A DNA stretch of 64,000 nt, taken from positions 53,110 through 117,109 of IMG/VR virus record IMGVR_UViG_3300031555_004942. One strand, 5' to 3'. The translations under genes and the position numbers were made by a program. Shown one piece after another: positions 54,801 to 63,817 of this stretch. How positions within the stretch are numbered: the stretch's first letter is position 1; each line of letters opens with the position of its first letter. The notes under the pieces are model-generated. The model was not told where the DNA came from. It did not search any database and was given only the letters and a program-made list of their open reading frames with translations. This stretch comes from a virus (lineage: Duplodnaviria > Caudoviricetes).

Positions 54801-57448
54801 CTGGAGGATTAGATAGAATTATTCTAAATACAGATAGATATGAAGTATGGCAAAAAAAAAATATCGAGGGTTCAAGTAATGAATATGATATTACAGAAAT
54901 TATATCTACATATACTCGATTATATCCAAAATCAAATGATATTGATAAAGAATTATATATTGGGGGGAGTAATTTACTTATTGAAGATGGAATAAAAATA
55001 TCAAATTCAAACAAAAATGGGGTTTTTATACAGCCAAATATTAATTTTTCATCAGATAATAATCACACTCCTTTTTTAAAACTGGATGAGCAACAAGCCA
55101 TTTTAAATTTTAACTATAAACATTCTATTGATAATATAAAATATCATATAAAAGATTTTACTATTAATAAATTAGATGGTTCTCAATGGTTATTATCGTA
55201 CCTATCTAACAATCAATGTGAATTAGCTCCAGGAATGACTTATAAGTTATATACAGATTGGTCTGATAGTACTCCTAGTAGTTATTTTTATGGACGTTCT
55301 CTTGGTACAATAAATTTAAAATATGGAGAGCTATCAGAGGTTAACCAGATTCGAAACTCTAATAATTTTTCTATATTAGATTATGAAGATACATTACAAG
55401 AATATTTATATAATTTTGATAATAGAATAGAGGGAGATTATTGCATAATTTCAGGGATGGATATATATATGTTGGCAAATATTAATAATACTAATGTCAA
55501 AATAAAAAAATATAGATATAAAATATATAATAATAATATGGAGTTAATATGGGATAGTTTAGAGATATGGGATAATTTGATGCAATATGAAATAAAAGGC
55601 TTAGAAAATAATAAAATATATTATATTATATTTGAATGCGAAGATGAATATGGATATCAATATTTTTATGAATGTCCTTTTTATTCGAATTATTCTATAA
55701 AAAATATTTCAAACAATCATATTGATGTAACTCCTTTATGTTCTCAGAATGCTATAAAAATTGAAATATATTCAACATATTTTTCATTATCTGATTATGA
55801 TTTACAAAATATTAATGAAGTAAATATATATAGAAAAGATTCTACAGGACATACAGAATGGATTAATTCAATAAATTTTAATTCAGACAAAGTATATACA
55901 GGAGATGGGCAAAATGATTATAAATATGGGTTTATAGATTATGGAGTAAGGAATAATGAATATTATGATTATATGTTTGTATTTGATAAAAAAAAGCATA
56001 ATTTATCTTATTTTGCAACATATCAATATGTTATTGCAATACAGCCTTTAAAAACAAATTTTGATTCATGGTCAATAGTAGACATAATAAAAAATCAAGA
56101 TACTGGTATTTATGAAGTTTCTGGTGATTCGTGGTTATTTAGATATAATCTTGAAACTTCCGAAATTACAAATAATACATCAGTAACATCATGGGACACA
56201 TTAGGAAGATATGCTCAAATGGGTGGAGGAGAGAGAGGATATGATAGTTCTTCTTTAACTTGTTTATTAGGGGATGTAAGTAATTATATGTCATTTGATG
56301 GTGTAAAAAATATTTTAAAATATGGATATCATGAAAAAACACCTACTTCTTTAATAGATCAAGAATTTGAATATAGTAAAGGGAAAACAAACAATATAGA
56401 CAAATATAAAAAATGGAAAAAATATTGTAGAAATAATAATCTTAAATTATTAAAAGATATATCTGGAAATATGTGGATAGTTGGTATTGCAGAAAATCCA
56501 ACCACCAATATCAATAGTCATAGTCAAGAACAATTAAAAACAATATCATTTCAATGGAAAGAAGTTATGGGTATTGAGGGGAATAGTATAGTTGGTAGAT
56601 TAACTTCTTATAACAAATCAGATTTTGTATTAAATACACTTATGTCCATGATAAATCCTTATTGGGAGGAATATGATATTAAAGAAGATTATACCGAGTA
56701 TCAACTGCTATGTATTAAAAATATAGTTATGCAAGAAGTTTTAATAGTTGGATCTGTTGTTTTTGATAATATTAAATCACAAGGAATTTTAGTGACAGCC
56801 AAGAAGAATGAGGAAGATGATGATATTAATTCATATATTCCTATATCTCCATTTTTAACTATATATGATAGAACATATCCAGACATAAAAGAATATATTT
56901 TTGATGATACAATTAATTTTACTTATAATAGTATTGATGATTTATTTAAAAATAATGAAAAGATAGAATCTGTAAAAATAATTTTAGATGATAGACTTAG
57001 TAGTGCAAAAAATGCATTTTACGGATGTGTTAATTTAACAACTGATAATGGCGGTTATATTAAAATTAGTTCAAGTAACTATATTAATACTTTAGGTATG
57101 TTTGATAATACAACTCAAAACATTATAGTAGAATGGGACGATTTATTAACTAATAAAACAACAAATTTATTAACTTATGCTGAATTATACGAACAGTATT
57201 GGAATCAAGATAATATCACGTTAAATTGTCCTCAATTGGAGTTTAGAGTTAATGATTGGGAACATGCTATTATTGAAGAAAGTGGAATAGACACAGACGA
57301 TTTAATTACTTATGATAAAATCGTTTATTTGAATAGTTATAAGGGTTATGATGAACAAATTTTTGTTCCTAAATATTATAAAGAAAATATAGATAAAAAA
57401 ACAGTTATTTATAAAATTATTATAGATGAGAATTTTTCAATAGGATAA
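51824..57448 (+). CDS. Large distal-tail/baseplate protein with FN3-like and LRR-like segments
   Basis: First gene after the TMP; FN3-like YEIKGLENNKIYYI and DYGVRNNEYYDY; C-terminal TLGRYA...G.R.Y.S..L.CLLG...LKD..GN.W hub-like region; AAGGAGG RBS. Confidence 0.6.
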   Translation: MAVFKPNNFYPYQQEIDMESLDGNVFSCQVNTDGALVSGARLKILSAIDNTELYENVYQFEVENATINGTTTIRTPYRNKEVAEMFVAPYEIFPEYKEDENGNKIWILSDISFQSLCGLNIDYNKKKDMCPYNFYLVKKNKLSLFKIKVKILDTEGKTTYEDIDFYDFKIIPSDKVENLFNIEFNNNEIFNKYEGLDISYFIVLKNNYDYLWNVRLYEHYFDEQIDNGTFVSDGYITGTTKNVIWYNNNNNNSNSDELETYVKKDNYVEVIADESNSDIFEDQIIEGKKTKGRLQNNNDNNDFSEEQILDNINGYILTDFNGNYVVHSDRYTVTDSGQIILSDKNEKLWNPNSYQEVPTHKYSDGSKWQRYYEIYNTYITTEYESPWYFLNNVTINISDNKNFILDTSQSKIGDIVPRKTGIASSNSYKGNKLIYPLYSLDGLHTHGLWTTTQYYEKDFKTKEEFMNGYKMFPFVVPDCRNYIIVKEIKETEDVAQQYAMNTNSMIMSILDNNYVEKKYYVKILSPLPLFYEFYQIEVEEYNKGSGNEWYYLYYKSNENNLFPLINDTYDYDIDMYCFNKKENGFFNTYNAMIKIDLLYFYYSVANFFKKDYYALSKLCIEPSNNINTYNFVKGCTQTQNIEHSSTYRWSGFYKLPSNFNNDNLPYILIQDYNNSSYSLVIELDTSEYISDNKIYFTKEFEIPYLHNSSLYADIIIPSIDTQCQFGDFTLVHQSKNTINSINLDTMNVDFINYIDNIYIEFIFNPLINWADSHFNQFSYLNNSVQKIKNFNSMDFSITLFDKKYEELLFGFLSLQGTNDMIDGIYNVDYKIIYKQREKIVWTTNKIGLLYDMNKIETENEFKINLKDGATIYLYPCSDKNTYNSFFGIKDDSLNVDNIYIRFPEYEGKDSAGNTIKDHGKYYENVSDNSTIRRYFVNRKYENDCPLDVYGVEVKSEAFENYIDKTDSGIYNGYYCKLFKVSSYDPNTGEFVIAGGLDRIILNTDRYEVWQKKNIEGSSNEYDITEIISTYTRLYPKSNDIDKELYIGGSNLLIEDGIKISNSNKNGVFIQPNINFSSDNNHTPFLKLDEQQAILNFNYKHSIDNIKYHIKDFTINKLDGSQWLLSYLSNNQCELAPGMTYKLYTDWSDSTPSSYFYGRSLGTINLKYGELSEVNQIRNSNNFSILDYEDTLQEYLYNFDNRIEGDYCIISGMDIYMLANINNTNVKIKKYRYKIYNNNMELIWDSLEIWDNLMQYEIKGLENNKIYYIIFECEDEYGYQYFYECPFYSNYSIKNISNNHIDVTPLCSQNAIKIEIYSTYFSLSDYDLQNINEVNIYRKDSTGHTEWINSINFNSDKVYTGDGQNDYKYGFIDYGVRNNEYYDYMFVFDKKKHNLSYFATYQYVIAIQPLKTNFDSWSIVDIIKNQDTGIYEVSGDSWLFRYNLETSEITNNTSVTSWDTLGRYAQMGGGERGYDSSSLTCLLGDVSNYMSFDGVKNILKYGYHEKTPTSLIDQEFEYSKGKTNNIDKYKKWKKYCRNNNLKLLKDISGNMWIVGIAENPTTNINSHSQEQLKTISFQWKEVMGIEGNSIVGRLTSYNKSDFVLNTLMSMINPYWEEYDIKEDYTEYQLLCIKNIVMQEVLIVGSVVFDNIKSQGILVTAKKNEEDDDINSYIPISPFLTIYDRTYPDIKEYIFDDTINFTYNSIDDLFKNNEKIESVKIILDDRLSSAKNAFYGCVNLTTDNGGYIKISSSNYINTLGMFDNTTQNIIVEWDDLLTNKTTNLLTYAELYEQYWNQDNITLNCPQLEFRVNDWEHAIIEESGIDTDDLITYDKIVYLNSYKGYDEQIFVPKYYKENIDKKTVIYKIIIDENFSIG

Positions 57449-57467
57449 AGAGAAGGGGGATAAAAAT

Positions 57468-60056
57468 ATGAGTAGAATTTATTTTGGAAAAAATATAAAA
57501 ACAAAGAGTGGTAATTTTTCTAATGTTTTTAAAGGTAATTTTAAAAATAATCTTACTGATGTATATTCTTTACCCTCAGGATTAATTAATGCATCTAATT
57601 TATTTAATGGGTGTACGAATTTAAAAAGAATGGACTATGAATTAGAAGATACTTTATATGATATAAATAATTTTATGTATAATTGTGTTAACTATAATGG
57701 AGATATTGTTATTCCTGATTCTGTTAAAAGTATGTCTTCTAGTTTTTCGGGTACTAATATAAAATCAGCACAAATAAGACAATCCAAAAATAAACGATTA
57801 TATGATATGTCTTATGCTTTTTTAAATTGTAAAAATTTAACATATATTGAGGGGACGATCCCTAACACTATATATAAGTTAGATGGATTTTGTGAAAATA
57901 GTGGTTTAAAAGAAGCTCCATTTATAGAAGAAAGTTCAAATATTGTTAGTTATATAGGTGCTTTTAAAAATTGTATTGATTTAATTGAATATAATCATAA
58001 TATTTATACAGATCATCCCACTCAAATGTTTCAAGGTTGTTCTAATTTAAAAAAAGTAGGGAATATAGATACTGTTGAATTAAGAGAAACATTTAATGGC
58101 TGTTCATCTTTAGAACAAATAGGTAATATAGATACTGTATCTTTACATCATTCATTTTTTAATTGTTCAAATTTAATAAATGTTAATATAAATATAAGAC
58201 CAAAATATGATTTTATTGAGAATAAAATATTGTCTAATGCATATATAAATAATGGGACTTTTAAAAATTGTAATAATTTATATAGTATAAACATTAATCC
58301 GTCAAATATTAATAATTTTGAAATTGGTGAAGATTTTTCATTTTTAGATAAAAAATCATGTATTAACATTTGGGGAACAAAACATAATGTTTCTACTGAA
58401 ATGAATATTCGTAAACAATTAAATAATGTTAATAAAGCTTATTATCAAAGTGGATATGCCAATGTTTTAGATTATGATAGAAGCAAATTTTATATTTTTA
58501 ATAAGTACAAAGGAAATACTTCAATGCAAAACATTATATTTATGGCAGATAGAATTAGAAATGATATACATAATCCTACTACTGAACAAAGAATTTATTA
58601 TTCTGATATGTGTTTTGAAAATAGTGATTTAAATGAGGTTGTTTATTATACAGATGTTTTAAACACTATGGGAGATTCTTGTTTTTACAATTCTTCAATT
58701 GTAAATTTTTATGCTCCTGATGTCTGTTTGCCAAATAAGAATAGTATTTTTTATAATTGTTCATCTTTAAAGAGTGTGACATTTAAACAATCTGATATCG
58801 ACATAAAACATAGTACTTTTACTAATTGTTTACAGTTATGTTCTATTAGAAATGAAAATAATAGACCATATGTGGCAAAAAATATTGGTGATTATGCTTT
58901 CTATAATTGTGGAAATTTAATAGATAATTCTATTAAATTTGATAATTCTAGAGGACGTACTTTAGGAAAATATAGTTTATTTAATACAAATTTTAAAGAT
59001 TTACACATAGAATCATATAGTGGTGTGGGTCTTAATGCTATATATAATACAGGAGAGAATTTTTATCTTGCACATTCTTTTAATTTATCTAAGGCTAGAG
59101 GCAGTTATAATATTGGTAGAGTCATATATAATGGAACAGGTACTCTTCCAGGTTCTGCTTGGTCTAATATGACTTTTAGAGGTGGAGTAAGAGCATTAAA
59201 TGTAAATGCTGTTTCTACATTTACTAATGAAAATACTCCTAAATATGGTCATTTGGAATTAAACCATTGTCAAAATTTTCATTTTGATGGTAGTAGTTTT
59301 TGTTATGGTTCATTGACAAGTTTTTCTGAAAATTTTGTAAAAATGTTACAGAACTCTACATGGAATAGTAGTGCTTTTTTATTTAATGGAGGGTCAGCAT
59401 CAACAAAGAGTGGGCTATATTATAGTAATACTTTTAAAAGTGAACAGTATTATGTTATAAATATTGATTCTAATAAACAGCTACCTTTTTATGTTTTTAA
59501 TCATGGTAATAATACTATCTTTACAGGAAAAGGGTATCTCCCTTATTCTTATGCTTGGAGTAATGATAGTTTTATGTATTGGTTAAACACATCCCCAAAT
59601 AGTACTTCGTATATTACTTCTATAACTAGTGGAGATGGTGTTAATTCTACGCATATTGTTGTTATGAGTAATAATGTTCAGAGAGAACTTCCTTCATACA
59701 ATAGTTACACATATTATTTCCCATTTAGTGATACTGTATATTTTCACGCAGGTTCATTAGGTGATACAGAAACTAATATAACAAGGCTTGGTCAGTTATT
59801 TTGTAAAAATGCTTATTTTTATAGTGGTGTTGTGCCGAAATTTAGTGGTACTTTGGATGTATATACTATCGCTATAAGGTGTAATAATGCTACTGTATCC
59901 TCAAATGCTGTATTATACAATCACGGTTATCTTAGGATTGATAAAAATAGTATATATGAAAATGTATATAATTATTTGCCTCCTGTTTTACAACAAGCAT
60001 ATGATGTATATAATCAATATGGACGAATAGACCCACCAGAATTAAATCAAATATAA
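57468..60056 (+). CDS. BspA-like leucine-rich repeat protein in the tail module
   Basis: Many F.[GN]C..L repeats (FNGCTNL, FQGCSNL, FYNCSSL, IGDYAFYNCGNL). Confidence 0.75.
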   Translation: MSRIYFGKNIKTKSGNFSNVFKGNFKNNLTDVYSLPSGLINASNLFNGCTNLKRMDYELEDTLYDINNFMYNCVNYNGDIVIPDSVKSMSSSFSGTNIKSAQIRQSKNKRLYDMSYAFLNCKNLTYIEGTIPNTIYKLDGFCENSGLKEAPFIEESSNIVSYIGAFKNCIDLIEYNHNIYTDHPTQMFQGCSNLKKVGNIDTVELRETFNGCSSLEQIGNIDTVSLHHSFFNCSNLINVNINIRPKYDFIENKILSNAYINNGTFKNCNNLYSININPSNINNFEIGEDFSFLDKKSCINIWGTKHNVSTEMNIRKQLNNVNKAYYQSGYANVLDYDRSKFYIFNKYKGNTSMQNIIFMADRIRNDIHNPTTEQRIYYSDMCFENSDLNEVVYYTDVLNTMGDSCFYNSSIVNFYAPDVCLPNKNSIFYNCSSLKSVTFKQSDIDIKHSTFTNCLQLCSIRNENNRPYVAKNIGDYAFYNCGNLIDNSIKFDNSRGRTLGKYSLFNTNFKDLHIESYSGVGLNAIYNTGENFYLAHSFNLSKARGSYNIGRVIYNGTGTLPGSAWSNMTFRGGVRALNVNAVSTFTNENTPKYGHLELNHCQNFHFDGSSFCYGSLTSFSENFVKMLQNSTWNSSAFLFNGGSASTKSGLYYSNTFKSEQYYVINIDSNKQLPFYVFNHGNNTIFTGKGYLPYSYAWSNDSFMYWLNTSPNSTSYITSITSGDGVNSTHIVVMSNNVQRELPSYNSYTYYFPFSDTVYFHAGSLGDTETNITRLGQLFCKNAYFYSGVVPKFSGTLDVYTIAIRCNNATVSSNAVLYNHGYLRIDKNSIYENVYNYLPPVLQQAYDVYNQYGRIDPPELNQI

Positions 60057-60072
60057 AATTTAAGAAAGGAGA

Positions 60073-61500
60073 GTGTGTTTTTTGAATAGATATTTATTAA
60101 GTGCATACTTAGAACAAGATACAAAAAATTTGTACACTTTAAGAGATAAAAACGGAGATATTCTATCATACATTGAGATGGATTTCTCTAATTCATCTTC
60201 AAAAAAAACACTATCTCATGAAGAAATAGTAAGATTATTACAAATGCCTTATATATCATATCAACATAGAATTTGCGTGTTAAATCCTGATGATTCTGTG
60301 TGTTATCAAATTCCCTTTGAAGATATACCTTATAATGGGATTTCTTATACTGATACTTTACAAGATGGACAAAGAAGGACTTTATCTGTGAAATTAATAA
60401 ATAAGGATGGAAAATACACTCCCTCAGTAAATTCGCAAAAAGGGTATTATTCTATGTTTTATGATACTTTTTATGAGGATGATACTTCTATACGTAGTAG
60501 AAGTCAATATGTTTCAAACAACAATTATACTCGGAATACTGTATGGGGGTCTATAAAAATGTCATATGATATAGGATTAAAAATAAATGAGACTGATTAT
60601 ATATGGTTTAAAAAGGGAGTATATAGAGTTTCAAATATAGATGATTCTCAGGAAGATGGATTAAAAGAAATAACAATTAGTTTAAAAGATAAATTTTCGA
60701 TTTTTGAAGGAAATACAGGGAAATTAGTTGTATCAACAGAAATTCCATCTGGTTCAGACTGTCGTATGGTAATTAAAGATTTATTAAATGAAGATTTTGG
60801 AGATGGATATAGTTATGATATGTTAGAACCTATTTTTGATGAATCTCTTACTGATGTGAAAACATCTGTACTGATTAGAAAAGAAGTTGGTGATACAAAG
60901 TCTTCCATTATTCAAGATATTGCAACTCAAATGAATGCTTCATATTATTATAATGAATGTGGAAGACTTGTGTTTGTTCCTATTCAAGATGAATTAAGAG
61001 ATGAGGTAAAGCCTGTATGTTGGATTTATGAACCAAAAAATATGGATTTAATTCGTATCCAAAATACATATGATATGGATTCAGCAGTCAATATGATAAA
61101 GGTTATAGGCGATAATATGGGGGATACAGTGAGTTATGCTCTTGTGGTTAATAATGATCCAAGGTCTCCTATATGTGTTGGGCAAATAGGTAAAAGACTA
61201 GGAGAAACAGTAAATGATGCTAACGTTTGGTCTGATAGTATGGCTTTTGATATAGGTAGATATAAACTAAGAAAGAATAGTATTTTATGTTTAAAGACAT
61301 CATTGCAAGTAAAATTGAATCCATTGATAGAAAATAATAAATTAATTGATGTAATTCATGATAGTTATTCACAAAAACATCAGTTATTTATTGTAAGTAA
61401 CATTTCATGGAGTAGTGATTCATATCAAATGGCTCTATCTACAATTAATACACAAAATTTAAGTTTCTTGAAAGCAGGTGATAATGGATATGTTTACTAA
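60073..61500 (+). CDS. Putative baseplate hub / tail-tip protein
   Basis: QDGQRRTLSV.LIN; KDKF; A..M.A.YYYN..G.L.F; N.I.VIG; A.V.NNDP.SP..V..IG motifs typical of Firmicutes tail-tip proteins. Confidence 0.6.
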   Translation: MCFLNRYLLSAYLEQDTKNLYTLRDKNGDILSYIEMDFSNSSSKKTLSHEEIVRLLQMPYISYQHRICVLNPDDSVCYQIPFEDIPYNGISYTDTLQDGQRRTLSVKLINKDGKYTPSVNSQKGYYSMFYDTFYEDDTSIRSRSQYVSNNNYTRNTVWGSIKMSYDIGLKINETDYIWFKKGVYRVSNIDDSQEDGLKEITISLKDKFSIFEGNTGKLVVSTEIPSGSDCRMVIKDLLNEDFGDGYSYDMLEPIFDESLTDVKTSVLIRKEVGDTKSSIIQDIATQMNASYYYNECGRLVFVPIQDELRDEVKPVCWIYEPKNMDLIRIQNTYDMDSAVNMIKVIGDNMGDTVSYALVVNNDPRSPICVGQIGKRLGETVNDANVWSDSMAFDIGRYKLRKNSILCLKTSLQVKLNPLIENNKLIDVIHDSYSQKHQLFIVSNISWSSDSYQMALSTINTQNLSFLKAGDNGYVY

Positions 61501-62164
61501 TAATATACAAAATAGTAATAATGATTCAAATAATGTACAAGGCATGAATATCCCAGAGGGATATGAACAGGTAAGTCAAGAAGAATTTATAAAAGCTATT
61601 TTAGCAGAGGATAATTATGATGAAATAACAAAAGCTCTAGATACATTAATGCAGAAAAATAAGGTTATGAATGATAAAAGATATCCAGTTATTACTACAG
61701 GAAGAGTTGAACATAGTGTTGGTAATTCAAATGTTGTAGTAAAAATGATTGGAGATGATAGTGAACCTACAGAACGTGTAGGATATACTAATCAAACTCC
61801 TTTTGTTATTAATCAAGGAGATTATGTAAAAGTTTGTAAACAAACAGCTTCTGATGGAGTAAATAGTTGGATAATGGGCATAAATAATCCTTTAAATAAT
61901 AAAACAGCTTTTAATTTTTTAGAAGATTGTATTAATTATATATTAATATTACAGAATGAGATTACATCATTAAAAAATAGTATCCAAGAAATAGCTAATT
62001 CATTTACTCAAACTGAAATAAAAATTGGAGAGATAACATATAAATTAGCCACAATCAATGCATCTTCGTTGTCTTATGCACAAAGAAATTTAAGTTCCTT
62101 AAATAACATTAGTGAAGATGCTAATAGAACAAAAGAAAATTTAGAAGCAATTAATAAACCATAA
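61484..62164 (+). CDS. Tail-tip protein (OB-like fold plus coiled coil), hypothetical
   Basis: G.V.......V.V...........N.TP.....GDYV.V motif; last large gene of the tail module. Confidence 0.5.
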   Translation: MDMFTNNIQNSNNDSNNVQGMNIPEGYEQVSQEEFIKAILAEDNYDEITKALDTLMQKNKVMNDKRYPVITTGRVEHSVGNSNVVVKMIGDDSEPTERVGYTNQTPFVINQGDYVKVCKQTASDGVNSWIMGINNPLNNKTAFNFLEDCINYILILQNEITSLKNSIQEIANSFTQTEIKIGEITYKLATINASSLSYAQRNLSSLNNISEDANRTKENLEAINKP

Positions 62165-62177
62165 ATGAGGTGATATA

Positions 62178-62381
62178 GTGAAGAAATATAAATTTTATAC
62201 ATATACTCAAATCTCTGGTGAAGAATCTGAAAGATTATTAGTAAAGTTAAGAGAATTGATTGATAGTGGAACAATTATAGGAGATTCAGATTTAATAAAA
62301 AGAATACTTTTGCTATTGGAATATGATGAAATTAATAATACCATCACGATAGATGGAGGCACATATGAAGGTAGTGAATAA
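62178..62381 (+). CDS. Small hypothetical protein ending in IDGG
   Basis: GTG after GAGGTG; 67 aa. Confidence 0.55.
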   Translation: MKKYKFYTYTQISGEESERLLVKLRELIDSGTIIGDSDLIKRILLLLEYDEINNTITIDGGTYEGSE

Positions 62382-62403
62382 AAATCGTATTTTATATTGG
62401 GTT

Positions 62404-62435
62404 AGGGGAGTAGAAATACTCCCCTTTTCTTTTCT
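62404..62435 (+). terminator. Rho-independent terminator closing the structural region
   Basis: AGGGGAGTA-GAAA-TACTCCCCT followed by TTTCTTTTCT. Confidence 0.88.
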
Positions 62436-62477
62436 CTATGAAAAATAAAAAAAAATAAAAAAATATATATTTAAGAC

Positions 62478-62506
62478 TTGACAAGTTATATTTTTTCTGT
62501 TATAAT
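62478..62506 (+). promoter_or_regulatory. Consensus sigmaA/sigma70 promoter with extended -10 and UP element
   Basis: TTGACA (62478-83), 17-bp spacer ending in TGT, TATAAT (62501-06); A-tracts upstream. Confidence 0.9.
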
Positions 62507-62563
62507 GTAATCAAACATATAGAAGTATGTTGAAATTTTATAAAAAGAAAGAGGTATAAAAAT

Positions 62564-63802
62564 ATGTCAGAAAATATTTTTAAAACAAGTAGACGTAATA
62601 CATTTACGTTTGAAGGACACGCAATTGTTAATGATAATTCTTTTACTATTAACAAGACAAACGAGGCAGGAACATGGGTTTTTAATTCACTTAATGTTGG
62701 AGTGGATTGTGGAGACCATGGAATTAATTATGTTAATCTAATGGGTGGATTTAATCCAAATGGTGGCAGTTACATAACAATTCAAAAAGTAGATAGTAAT
62801 GGTTCAATCCGTCCTAAAGAAGATAACATTACAGTTAATTGGGAAGACAGATTGGATTTTGATGTTACGGCAGAAGATATTAATAAATCAAGCTTTATAG
62901 AAGTTACTCTTGAAAAAGACAATAATGGCAAGAATGTATCAAAGTCATTTATTACTGCTTATGATGCTGTTGATTATATAAAGGAATTTATTACGGATAA
63001 ACTCCCTGTTGTTGTTCGTGGTCATATAGATTATAGACTTAACGGAGCAGGAGATGAATGGATTGCATCTCATATTGTTGACAGTATTCAAATTAAAAAT
63101 GAAGAATTTTTACAGCCTAAAGCTATTCTTAATTTGATGGTTTTAGTAGATAAAAACACTTTAGGTAAGCCAAACCTCGAAGAAAAGAATGTTCCATTGT
63201 TTGTAAATACAGCTTATTATATTTATAAGGTTAATAAAGATGTATATAAACAGACTTGTGCTATTCCTCTCAAAATTTTGTTTGATATGACTTCAATTGA
63301 CCTTAATGATGAAGCTCAGAAGAAAAAGTTTACATATGGTGTTGAACATTATTTCTCACCTGAAAAGGGCAAAAAAGAATATACAAGTGAAATTCTATTT
63401 AGATGTCATTATTCAGGGGGAGTAAAGAAAACTGAAATAAATCTTGAAGACCTTCCAAAAGATATTAGAGAGGGAATTGAAAATGGATTTATTAATAAAG
63501 AACAAGTAATGGGTTCAATGGCGATTCAAGGACCTCAGAATAAAGATATTATTTTTGATAGTGTTGTAACAAGAGTAGAAACCACTGAAAATGATGATGG
63601 TTCAGTATATACAGTTCCAAAGGTAGTTGCAGAATTTTCTAAATATAAGAATTCCGAAATTGTTTTGTTTGAAGATTTAGAACCGATTGAAACAACTAAA
63701 GCAACATCTGCACCTGTTGATAATACTATTAAAATTGAAGATGAGGAAATAGACCAGTCTGCTGCAGATATTATGGCATTGTTCTCAGCAATGGGTAATT
63801 AA
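62564..63802 (+). CDS. Replication/recombination-module protein, possibly SSB-like
   Basis: First gene after the sigmaA promoter; beta-rich; acidic C-terminal tail; precedes an AAA ATPase. Confidence 0.45.
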   Translation: MSENIFKTSRRNTFTFEGHAIVNDNSFTINKTNEAGTWVFNSLNVGVDCGDHGINYVNLMGGFNPNGGSYITIQKVDSNGSIRPKEDNITVNWEDRLDFDVTAEDINKSSFIEVTLEKDNNGKNVSKSFITAYDAVDYIKEFITDKLPVVVRGHIDYRLNGAGDEWIASHIVDSIQIKNEEFLQPKAILNLMVLVDKNTLGKPNLEEKNVPLFVNTAYYIYKVNKDVYKQTCAIPLKILFDMTSIDLNDEAQKKKFTYGVEHYFSPEKGKKEYTSEILFRCHYSGGVKKTEINLEDLPKDIREGIENGFINKEQVMGSMAIQGPQNKDIIFDSVVTRVETTENDDGSVYTVPKVVAEFSKYKNSEIVLFEDLEPIETTKATSAPVDNTIKIEDEEIDQSAADIMALFSAMGN

Positions 63803-63817
63803 TGGAGGTAATGCAAT

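Noticed and set aside
878-62274. All minus-strand and short alternative-frame ORFs in the track (e.g. 13850-14290, 41938-42312, 51076-51531)
   Set aside because: They are shadows of long + strand genes, with low-complexity Ser/Phe/Leu-rich translations and no RBS or motifs
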